Of a stretch of DNA of 64,000 nucleotides, positions 50,779-60,715 are shown piece by piece. The notes beneath the pieces are model-generated. The model was not told the origin of the DNA. It searched no databases and saw only the letters and a program-made list of their open reading frames with translations. Position 1 is the first letter of the stretch. Every line of letters begins with the position of its first letter. Where the stretch lies: positions 6,820,001 to 6,884,000 of the forward strand of contig CM059453.1 in the NCBI GenBank assembly GCA_030390025.1, read 5' to 3'. The stretch comes from Squalus acanthias. Its lineage: Eukaryota. A program made the translations under genes and the position numbers.

Positions 50779-52029
50779 AAGTGAAAGTTAACTGTTAGCG
50801 CGGATTGTCTTGAAACTGACAATGCCTGAACACAGCTGATGTTATGAAGTAAAACAGACATCATTACAATACAATGAGGGCTATGAGAATGGAGAACTTT
50901 CAGAATATTAGTGGATTTCTTTGATTTATATTAACAATCTCGTTGTACCTGAAATAAAGTAGGGAGTGTGAATTTTTTGTGAATGTAACTGTTCAACATT
51001 TTTCTCTATTCTGTGAAATTAACTATTTTACAAACCATGTCTTACATCGTCTTTGTCTGTTAATCTGCTGAAATGCATTGGCCCACAGTATGAACCCTCA
51101 AAACCGTGTAGCAGGTGTCAAAAAAATTGCAATGAAACACCAGGAAATAAACTTTATTTGCTACTGCGCCTGAAAATCAGGTGCGAATTTCAAGAGAACC
51201 ATATATATGGGCGTAGACGAGTTCTGGCGAGAGTTCCAGACAATTGTCAATACTCATTCATCTGGGCTTATTTGATTTGTGCCCCGATTGTGAACATTTG
51301 ACAAGTATTCCCAGGGCATTTCAGTCAGTTTTCCGCTCACCCAGCACAACACTCGAGTGGCTACTTGTTTCCCCTAATTATATCAGCACAATTCAGGGAA
51401 ATTTGTAGAATGAGAGCTAAAGAGCGTGGAATTTTAAACGTTAGTGCGTTAGGTCCACGACCACTTACTCTCAATTTTTTCCTTCAACTTTTAACAGTTT
51501 CAAGTATTAATTTTACCCAATCAGGTTCCACCGACAAAGCTGGCCTTGCATCCAGGTCGTAATTGCGAGATTGCGTTGATTCTGAAAGGCTCATAAAATT
51601 GCACTCATTTTCTTAGGCGCAAAGGCAGGAGTAGCCATATTTTAATAGATTCCTCATATTATTAAACAAAGTGAATTTCTAAGGCACAGTAATTTTCCAT
51701 TTCATATCATGCAGTTATAACTCGGGGAACTAAATGAGTAACGTCGTCTGTGATGCACTGGGTGCTGTGTGCTTTGGTATCAGCAATGGTTCCTGAAGAT
51801 TATCTGCAACTTGTATTCCCAGTTTAATCGAAAAGAGTTGAACTTTAGACCATATACCAGCCAAAACCATTCGCTAATGGATCCAATGTAACAAATGCAT
51901 TGTTTATAGAAAGGCAAAAGCACAGCGAAGTAAAGGTCATGGACTGAAACCTAACGAAGAGGTTCGAATGGCTCATGTGTAATTTAACAGATACCCAACA
52001 ACGACTTCGGGATTGGATTCTGACCTATT

Positions 52030-52940
52030 GTTTTGGGTGGTTTATATGCAGAATAGCGGATACCCGGAAGTGAGTTACAGGCTGGAATCTAATCCAGGGG
52101 TTCGGGGGGTTTATATATAGATTAACTGATACTTGGGAGTGAGTTAAAGGCTGGAATCTAATCGAGGGGTTCGGGGGGTTTATATGTAGATTAACTGATA
52201 CCCGGGAATGAGTTACAGGCTGTAATCTAATCGAGGGGTTCGGGGGTTTTATATGTAGAATAACAGATACCCGAGAGTGAGTTACAGGCTGCAATCTAAT
52301 CGAGGGGTTCGTGGGGTTAATATATAGGATAACAGATACCGAGGAGTGAGTTACAGGCTGGAATCGAATCGAGGGGTTCGGGCTGTTTATATATAGAATA
52401 ACAGGTAGCCAGGAGTGAATTACAGTCTGGAATCTAATCGAACGGATCGAGGGTTTATATGTGGAATACAATATACCTGGGAGGGAGTTTTAGGCTGGAG
52501 TCTAATGGAGGTGTTCGGAGTGGTTTATATATAGAATAACAGATACCCGGGAGTGAGTTACAGTTTGGAGTCTAATCGAGGTGTTCGGGTGGTTTATATA
52601 TAGAATAACAGATACCCGGGAGTGAGTTACAGGCTGGAATCTAATCGAGGGGTTCGGGTGGTTTATATATAGAATAACAGATACCGGGGAGATTGTTACA
52701 GGCTGGATTCTAATCGAGGGTTTTGGGGGTTTTATATATAGAATAACAGATACCTGGGAGTGAGTTACAGGCTGGAATCTAATCGAGGGGTTCGGAGGGT
52801 TTAAAAAAAAGAATAACAGATACCCGAGAGTGAGTTACAGGCTGGAATCTATTCGAAGGGGTTCGGGGGTTTTATATGTAGAATAACAGATACCCGGGAT
52901 TGAGTTACAGGCTGCAATCAAATCGAGGCGTTCGTGGGGT
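52030..52940. repeat. ~69-bp minisatellite, inverted copy (~13 units)
   Basis: Reverse complement of the 9660-11250 unit. Confidence 0.95.
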
Positions 52941-52945
52941 TAATT

Positions 52946-53704
52946 GCCCGAAAATTAAACCTAATACGCGAGAGTACGCACTGTGTAGTCTCGCGTATTC
53001 GATCCCGAATTGCCGGTTTCCTGCATGCACTGCGCATGCGCGGGAAACCGGCACTTCGTGAATTGAAAAGGGGGCGGTTCCTAAGTGAACCGCGTGCGCG
53101 CTACAGGCTGTGCGCACGCAGTGCACTTAGTTTTTTTTCAGCTTTGAACGCGCAGGTTAGTGGTGAAGATTTTACACACAAAGAAAGCAGGCGTAGGAGC
53201 CCCTTTTAACAAGGTAAGTAGTTAATTAAGTGTTATTTTAAATTTTTTTCAAAAGGTTTATCTTTTTTAGAGAGTTTAAAGAAAGGTAAGTTTATCTTTA
53301 TAACTTTTAAAAAGATTTAAAATTTTTTCCAAAATTTATTTTTTTGTTTAAAGTGGTTAATTTATTTAACTATATCTATTTTATTAATGTGATGGCTTTT
53401 TTAAATTTAATTGAGGTTTAGCTGTTCTTTTGGGGTGTGTAACATTCATAGCTTTGACAGCTCTTGCCGTCAAAACTATGAATGAAAGATGGTGTGCTGC
53501 CATTGGCTCTAACTGAATCACGTGATCCCAGAGCTTGCACGAACTAATTGTGTCTCTGGGTCACGCAAGCACTGCACGGTTCCAACAGAGAGAGCCTTTG
53601 TAACTAAAGTTCGTGAGGGCCAGGAGCTAAAAGGAAGGCGCGGAGTGCGATGCCGCGGGGAATACTTACCCCCGCGGGAACCATCCATGTTTAATTTCTG
53701 GGCC
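52946..53704. mobile_element. Non-autonomous TIR element (Harbinger-like MITE)
   Basis: gcccgaaaatt ... aatttctgggcc; close relative of 55898-56614. Confidence 0.65.
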
Positions 53705-53714
53705 AATAAATGCA

Positions 53715-54456
53715 GGGGCAGAAATTCGTCAGTTGTCGGTTGAGTACACACTGTGTACTCACCCGTGGACTGAACAAAAGCGCCGGTTTCTTGCATGCAC
53801 TGCGCATGCGCGGGAAACCAACACTTCCGTTCCCCTGAGGAAAGGGGTTCAGAGGTCGAACGGCCACGCCAGCGTGCCAGCGCGTTCGCCTCGCACTTGG
53901 GGTTTTTTGCAGGTTCCTCCGTGAAGGTAAGCGTGGAGAAGATACACTTTGAAAAAGGATGCGCAAGGCCTTCTTTTAACAAGGTAAGTGCTGATTTTAT
54001 TAAAATTTCAACATTTTTTTCACAGATGTGTATATTTTAATTACTTTAAAGAAAGGTAAGTTTAGTTTTATCACCGTTAAAAAACGTAATTAATTTTTTC
54101 AAACATTTAAATTTTTGTTTAAAATAGTTAATGAATGTAATTTATAGTTATTTTAAAAATGTGATGTTTTAAAAAAAAATATTTGTAGTGTTAGGGATGT
54201 TTTGGGGCCGATCTGTATTCCTAGATTTGAATGAAAGAGGGTCTGCTGCCATTGGCTCTCCATGGCCTACGTGATCCCAGGGGATACATCGCACTAACTA
54301 TGCCCCTGGGATACACAAGCGCTGCGCACCAGCAGTTCGGGGATGGCCCAGGTGCCGAAGTCCCTGTGGGCCCAGAGGTCAACGGCAGGCACTGTAGGTA
54401 GGTGCGCGCGCGATCCTTGCACCCGCGGGAAGCCAGGGAGCCGAATTTCTGGCCTC
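53715..54456. mobile_element. Adjacent non-autonomous TIR element of the same family
   Basis: ggggcagaaattc ... gaatttctggcctc; shares tgcatgcactgcgcatgcgcgggaaacc with its neighbour. Confidence 0.65.
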
Positions 54457-54586
54457 AATTTACATGTCGCTAACACAAAGAATGTAAAGGTAAGAGAGAC
54501 AAGTGTGAGTCTCTCTATCCCCCTATTTTGTGTTTCCCAACAGTGATTCTGTTAAAATCGATGCAGAAAACCTTATTGGTATCGCT

Positions 54587-54910
54587 GTAACACGTGTTCT
54601 ATGTGTATCTGTACCACGTGTTCTTTGTCTATCTGTACCACGTGTTCTTTATGGATCTGTACCACGTGTCCTTGGTGTACCTGTATCCCGTGTTCTTTGT
54701 GTATCTGTACCACGTGTTCTTATTGCATCCGTACCACGTGTCCTTGGTGTACCTGTACCACGCGTTATTTGTGTATCTGTACCACGTGTTCATTGTTTAT
54801 CTTTTCCACGTGTTCTTACTGGATCGGTACCACGTGTTCTTGTTGTATCTGTACCAAGTTTTCTTTGTCTAACTGTACCCCGTTTTATTTCTGTATCTCT
54901 ACCACGTGTC
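54587..54910. repeat. 24-bp minisatellite (~13 units), most units containing CACGTG
   Basis: Unit gtaccacgtgttctttgtgtatct. Confidence 0.9.
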
Positions 54911-54946
54911 CTCTTTTATACGCTGCACGTGCTGTTTCTGTTGCAG

Positions 54947-55108
54947 AGGGATCATCCAGACAGTGACGGCTGGGAAGTGATATCCAACTCAACTTAGCAG
55001 AAGGAAGAAATTACTTACGCCACTGTGATCTTTTCAAGTATTCCTCAAGGGCACGGATATGTACATAGCAAGGAGATGAGCGAATATGCAGCTTTTAAAT
55101 TTGCCTGA
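54947..55108 (+). pseudogene. Extra terminal cytoplasmic exon, right copy (TAG at 54995-54997 upstream of ITYATV and SEYAAF)
   Basis: ttgcag|RDHPDSDGWEVISNST*QKEEITYATVIFSSIPQGHGYVHSKEMSEYAAFKFA*; donor remnant aag|gtaaga at ~54489. Confidence 0.78.
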
Positions 55109-55897
55109 AAATGACCAGAACTTAGAGAGGACGCTTCTCTGAATCTCAAAGTTTCTTTGTCCAAATGAACCAATTATAACAAAGAAGAGATACGACACGT
55201 TTTTGCAATCAAGACATTGGAAACACTCGTTGTTCTTGCTTGCAGTATTTGCCCCAATATTCTCCACTGCCAACTTCAACGCTTGCTGAAATTCGATTTC
55301 TCCAATCTCTCGCTTCAGCTGTTATTTTTGCAGATACCTCCCTTCACCATGAGGTTTGTCCCGAGACCCAATACCCCGGTGTCTGCTCCTGTCCTCATTG
55401 GATATCGAAAAGGCAACTTGCTTCAGGGTTCACCGAACAGCGATAAAGACTCGGGATGAATTGCCCCTCTCCAACCCGGGACTCCGAGTGCATTTGGATT
55501 CCCTCAGCCGAGATTGATCAATGTGCGAATTGATTACTTTCGGAGCTGCATTGCACAAGTGCATCGGTAAAAGCAACGCATTGCCACCCCCCCCCGGGTA
55601 ACCTAAAGCTGATTTATTACCTAAGGAGGAAGCGTCCGCGGACGAAGGAATGGGGAGGAACGGGAAACCGTGCATTCTGATCTCCATAATGCTACATTTC
55701 CGATTGTCCCACCGATAGATAGAGTTTAAAGGAAATCTGACGGACACTTCAAAGTCTTCTCATCTGATTAGACATGTTAAACAAGCTGTACAATGATTGA
55801 AGGCTTGGTACAATCGGTGCAGTGCAGACCCATGTTGCGGCCTGTGAACACAATAAAATTCAAGCTACTTTCTTTGTGTTGACTATTGCCTGTTATT

Positions 55898-56614
55898 GGG
55901 CCAAAAATTCATCCCGCGACGCGAGAGTACGCACTGCGTACTCTCGCGTATTCCCACTGCAGGGCATGCAGAAAACCGGCAATTGGTCTTTTGAAAAGGG
56001 GGCGGTTCCTCGGTGCATCGCGTGCGCGCTACAGGCTGCGCGCACGCTGTGCACTTCATGCTTTGGACGCGCAGGTAAGTACTGAAGATTTTAGAAATGG
56101 AAAAAGGAGGAGTAAGACCCACTTTTAACAAGGTAAGTTGTGAATTAAGTATTTTTTTGAATTTTTTTTAACAGGTATATCTTTTTTCGAGACTTTAAAG
56201 ACAGGTAAGTTTATTTTTATAACTTTTTAAAAGATTTAAAAAAAATTCAAAAATTTAATTTTTTATTTAAAATGTTTAATTTATTTAACTATACTTATTT
56301 TATTAATGTGATGGTTTTTTTTTAATTTAGTTGAGGTTTAGATGTTATTTTGGGGGGGTGTAAGATTCATAGATTTCACAGCACGTATGTGAAACTTATG
56401 AATGGAAGATGGTGTGCTGCCATTGGCTCTAACTGAGTCACGTGATCCCACAGCTCGCACGAATTCACTACGCCGGTGGGATACGCAAGCACTGCCCAGC
56501 TGATGTCTCGTACATCAAGTTCGTGCGAGCTGCATCTGAAAAAGCACAAGCGGAGTGAGAGAACGCGGGGAAGCCTTAACCCAGCGGGAACAGAGCGAGA
56601 TCAATGTCTGGGCC
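55898..56614. mobile_element. Harbinger-like MITE with ATT target-site duplication, right arm only
   Basis: att|gggccaaaaattc ... tgtctgggcc|att; the left arm has the empty site with a single triplet at ~7315. Confidence 0.75.
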
Positions 56615-56759
56615 ATTGAATCACTCTCAGCTGCTTTCAAACATATTATGCAATGTATTAATAGACTATTAAACAGGAGAGCCAACCGGATTATTAAAGC
56701 GCTTTCACTGTAAGGTTGGTTAGTATATATTTGTTTGTCAATTTGCAGGGCCACATTAT

Positions 56760-57240
56760 GGTTATGTTACTGGTGTAGTAAACCAGAGGCCTGGATTAAT
56801 GATCCAGAGACATGTTTTCAACTCCCACCACGGATGCTGGGGGAATTTAAATTGAGTTAAACAAATGAACCTGGAATAAAAAGTTAGTATCAGTAATGCT
56901 GACCAGGAAAGTACAGGATTGTCGTAAAAACCCAACTGGTTCACCAATGATTTTTAGGGAAAGAAATCTGACGTCCTTACCCGGTCTGGCCGACATGTGA
57001 CACCAGAACCACAGCAATGTGTTTAACTCTTAACTGCACTCTGAAATGGCGGAGCGAGTCACTCAGTGATTGGTCAATTAGGGATAGGCAATAAATGCTG
57101 GCCTTGACAGCGACGCCCACATCCCGTGAATCAATAAAAACAATATATTGCATCTGTTCAAGAAGGCGGCTAAGCACCACCTTCTCAAGGGAAACTAGGG
57201 ATGGGCAATAAATGCCGGCTTTGCCAGCGACGCCCACAGC
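56760..57240 (+). mobile_element. Shark-type SINE (mirror of 6690-7170)
   Basis: Reverse-complement match. Confidence 0.7.
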
Positions 57241-58234
57241 CGAGAGCTATTTAAAAAATGTCCCTGCATTTTTCAACGGCCAATTTTCCAATTATGCCCC
57301 CCTTCTGAACATCTTATTTCTTGTTGAAATGTGATTCCCGCCGGCAGCTCTCAAATGATCAGATCTTAGCTTGCAAGCCTCAAAGCGAGTGTCGGCGGGA
57401 TTTTTAACAGGAGCGGGAGCCCTGACTGACCTTTAAGTGCCTAGCCCAGTTGAGCTAGACAGCGGACAGACTAATTGCTGTATTGGTTCTTGGTTTTTCA
57501 GAATGTTGGACAATCTACAATTGCAATTTAAATTGCAGTTTATTATAATTTCTCTGGTTCCTCCTGCAGCCCGAGGTTTTGCTTGTTCCATGTTCTGTGT
57601 GAATGAAGGCTTCGCAATCCAATAGCGCCACACAGTGGCAGGCCAACAGCATTACATAAGCGATCTGTCACTGTATCATCAGACACATCTGAGTCCAACA
57701 GGGGCAGAAATCCCGCATCTTGCGCAGACAAACTGCTAGTTTACCTCACCCAACCCAACATAGACTGTTTAAGTATGTACCGGTGCGTTGACCGAAGCAG
57801 ATGCGGCTGGAGAATGTGCTCTGCTTGATGCGATGCACTTGCTTCCTTTGTCCGTTAGATGGCGTGCGCTGTGATCTGGTCGCTTTGTGCACAACCTCTC
57901 CAAGCGCAAAAGACCATTTGAAACAATTTGCCGAGCAAGCACAGGAAGCTTCAGTTAGCTGAAGGGAATCTTAACCAGGAAACGCACTAATTCTTGTAAA
58001 GGTCCTGTCGGAATGCCTGTTCCGTTCAGCAATACCTCCTGGGTGTATTATGTTGAATTAAGGCTAAGTTTGGCGATTTACCAAAGTGACTGTTTGCTTC
58101 ACTTCATGCATATTATCTGTTTGCAGTTTGAACACAGAGTCATTTTCTGGCAATCAACCTGCTTTTTAAATGTCACTGGGACATTGGAATCTGTTACACT
58201 GTGACGGCAAATAAATTATTGTAAAAAAAAATAC

Positions 58235-58790
58235 AAAAGCAAATTATTGTGGAGGCTGGAAATCTGAAATTAAAACAAAAAATGTTGGAAATACTCAGCA
58301 GCTCAGGCAGCTTCCGTGGAGCGAGAAACAGAGTTAGCGTTTCAGGTCGATGTGCTTTCGTCAGATCTGGAAAACCTTTGAGATGTAACAGGTATAAGCA
58401 AGTGCAGATGCAGGGAAAGGGGGAGGGGAGGAAAGAACAAAAGGGAAGGTCTGTGAAAGGGTGGAAGGCAGGTGAGATTTTATGACAAAAAGCATGATGG
58501 TGCGGGGCGAAAGGAGGTGATAATGGAGCAAGTAAATAAACAGAAGATGGATTTAGAGGAGGTGTAAATGGGAATAGCAGAATCACCAGCAACAGCTTCC
58601 GTCCGAAAAAAATGCGGGCAGAGGTAATGAACTGAAAAGTGGAACTCAATGTTGAGTCCGGAGGACTGTAAAGTGCCGAATCGAAAGATGAGGTTCTGTT
58701 CCTCGAGCTTCCATTGAGCTTCATTGGAACATTGTAGGAGGCGGAGGAAAGAAAGATCAGAGTGGGAATGGGGAGCTGAATTAAAATTTG
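58235..58790 (-). mobile_element. Penelope-like 3' remnant (mirror of 5140-5695)
   Basis: QCSNEAQWKLEEQNLIFRFG-like motif on the minus strand. Confidence 0.65.
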
Positions 58791-59299
58791 CTTCTTACTG
58801 TACAAACCGGTAGGGAATGTAGTGAGAGTAATCCAGAGAACAAGAGTTCAAATCCAAATATGGCAGTTTGAGAATGTGAATGCAGGTTTTACAAATCTGC
58901 ACGTAAATAAGCTGGAATCTCAGAGAGTGACCTTGTAGCTGGTAAATGCCACTCAGTTGAATCAAGCTCAGCGCAGTTTCAAATGAGCATGAAATACATT
59001 GTTTGACATGGTATGTCTAGGTAGCGTGTCGAAAAAATATTCTAAGCATGAAGCTCAAGTTGAATTAATCGCAGACCCGCCTCTTTATAATTCCATCCTT
59101 TCAGAAGGATAACGATGGAATCAGAATAACTATTTCTGAATTTTTAGCTGCTGTAATGAAGGAAACTGGTGGAAGTTGACAGAAAGGTGAAGATTTATTA
59201 CACTGGGCTGGGATAGTTTGCACATCTAACTCCACAACCGACAGAGAGACCCAACGGTATCCGGCAGGAATATTTAAAAACATAATAGGGAGGGGTCCC

Positions 59300-60395
59300 C
59301 TCCAGAGACTTGAGCACAAAAATCTAGGCTGACACTCCAGTGCAGTACTGAGGGCGCGCTGCACTGTCAGAGGGGCAGTACTGAGGGAGCGCTGCACTGT
59401 CAGAGGGGCAGTACTGAGGGAGCGCCGCACTGTCGGAGGGGCAGTACTGAGGGAGCGCTGCACTGTCGGAGGGGCAGTACTGAGGGAGCGCCGCACTGTC
59501 GGAGCGGCAGTACTGAGGGAGCGCTGCACTGTCGGAGGGGCAGTACTGAGGGAGCGCTGCACTGTCGGAATGGCAGTACTGAGGGAGCACTGCACTTTTG
59601 GAGGGGCAGTTCTGAGGGAGTGCTGCACTGTCGGAGGGGCAGTACTGAGGGAGTGCCGCACTGTCGGAGGGACAGTACTGAGGGAGCGCCGCACCGTCGG
59701 AGGGGCAGTACTCAGGGAGCGCTGCACTATCGGAGGGTTTGTACTGAGTAGGTGTCGCACTGTCGGAGGGGCAGCAATGAGGGAGCGCTGCACTTTCGGG
59801 GGGGCAGTTCTGAGGGATTGCTGCACTGTCGGAGGGGCAGTACTGAGGAAGCGCTGCATTGTCGGAGGGGCAGTGCTAGGGGAAGCACTACTCTGTCGGA
59901 GGGGCAGTAATGAGGGAGTGCTGCACTGTCTGAGGGGCTGTACTGAGGGAGCGCCTCACTGTCGGAGGGGCAGAATTGAGGGAGCACTGCACTGTCGGAG
60001 GGGCAGTACTGAGGGAGCTCTGCACGGTGATAAGGGCAGTGCTGAGGGAGCGCCGCACTGTTGGAGGTGCCGTGTTTCATAGGAGCCGTTAAACCAAGGC
60101 CCCGTCTGCTCTCTCAGGTGGACGTAAATGATCCCATGGCCACTATTTCGAAGAAGAGCAGGGGGAGTTCTCCCCGGTGTCCTGGGCCCAATATTTATCC
60201 CTCAGTCAACATAACAGAAACAGATGATCTGGTCATTATCACATTGGTGGTGTTGGGAGCTTGTTGTGCGCATATTGGCTGCGACATTTCTTACATTACA
60301 ACAGTGACCACACTTCAAAAGTACTTAATTGGCTGTAAAGAACTTTGGGATGTCCTGAAAGGCGCTATAGAAATGCAAGCCTTTCTGTTCTTTTT
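59300..60395 (+). mobile_element. DeuSINE (SacSINE1-like) with expanded internal VNTR
   Basis: SINE body and tail flank the 33-bp array. Confidence 0.85.
59340..60065. repeat. 33-bp minisatellite (~22 units) derived from the SINE Deu-domain start
   Basis: Unit gcagtactgagggagcgctgcactgtcggaggg. Confidence 0.95.
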
Positions 60396-60715
60396 GCTCG
60401 GAAAGAAAAGCAAATTTCGAATTAGGGAAATAGTTATTTTATTATTAAAGCAGATAAAAAAGTTTAAAATTACATTGACCGTTCCCGCTCCCTTCCTGCA
60501 CCGTTTCGGAAGTATGATTGGAGTGGACAATCTTTGGGATTGTAAATCAAACTGTCTCAGGAAGAGATTTTAAAATGTTAGCTATTACTCTCGGAATGAT
60601 ATCCATTATCACAGTACCTCCTGGAGTGCGAGGTTCCGTTCTAACTTGTAAAAAACAGTTTTCTTAAGATATTGACCAGTTCCATCTGTCAGAATAGGGT
60701 GAATGCCGCTGATTT

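Larger units (their letters stand above)
41363..50784 (+). pseudogene. Siglec/MAG-like receptor gene B; exons 1-3 and 5-7 open, exons 4 and 8 disrupted (may be functional through exon 4 skipping)
   Basis: Exons 41363-41405, 42042-42428, 44128-44439, 45026-45282, 46209-46496, 47320-47413, 49683-49761 and 50070-50217; ancestral stop displaced to 50782-50784. Confidence 0.88.

Noticed and set aside
41363-50784. Assigning the symbol MAG, CD22 or SIGLEC15
   Set aside because: Domain count (V+3C2) and low similarity do not support one-to-one orthology without a phylogeny.
52025-52471. 148-aa repeat ORF (also 9352-10379)
   Set aside because: Translation of the 69-bp minisatellite.
54530-54997. Cys-rich or hydrophobic repeat ORFs (also 8480-8918)
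   Set aside because: Translations of the 24-bp minisatellite; only the terminal part is the real tail exon.
55109-55800. Coding-looking stretch after the extra tail exon (mirror 7400-8460)
   Set aside because: No frame is open in both copies and no recognisable domain is present; probably 3' UTR or intergenic.
59101-60082. 252-aa mucin-like ORF and overlapping ORFs
   Set aside because: Products of the 33-bp SINE-derived VNTR, open on both strands, with no splice or start context.
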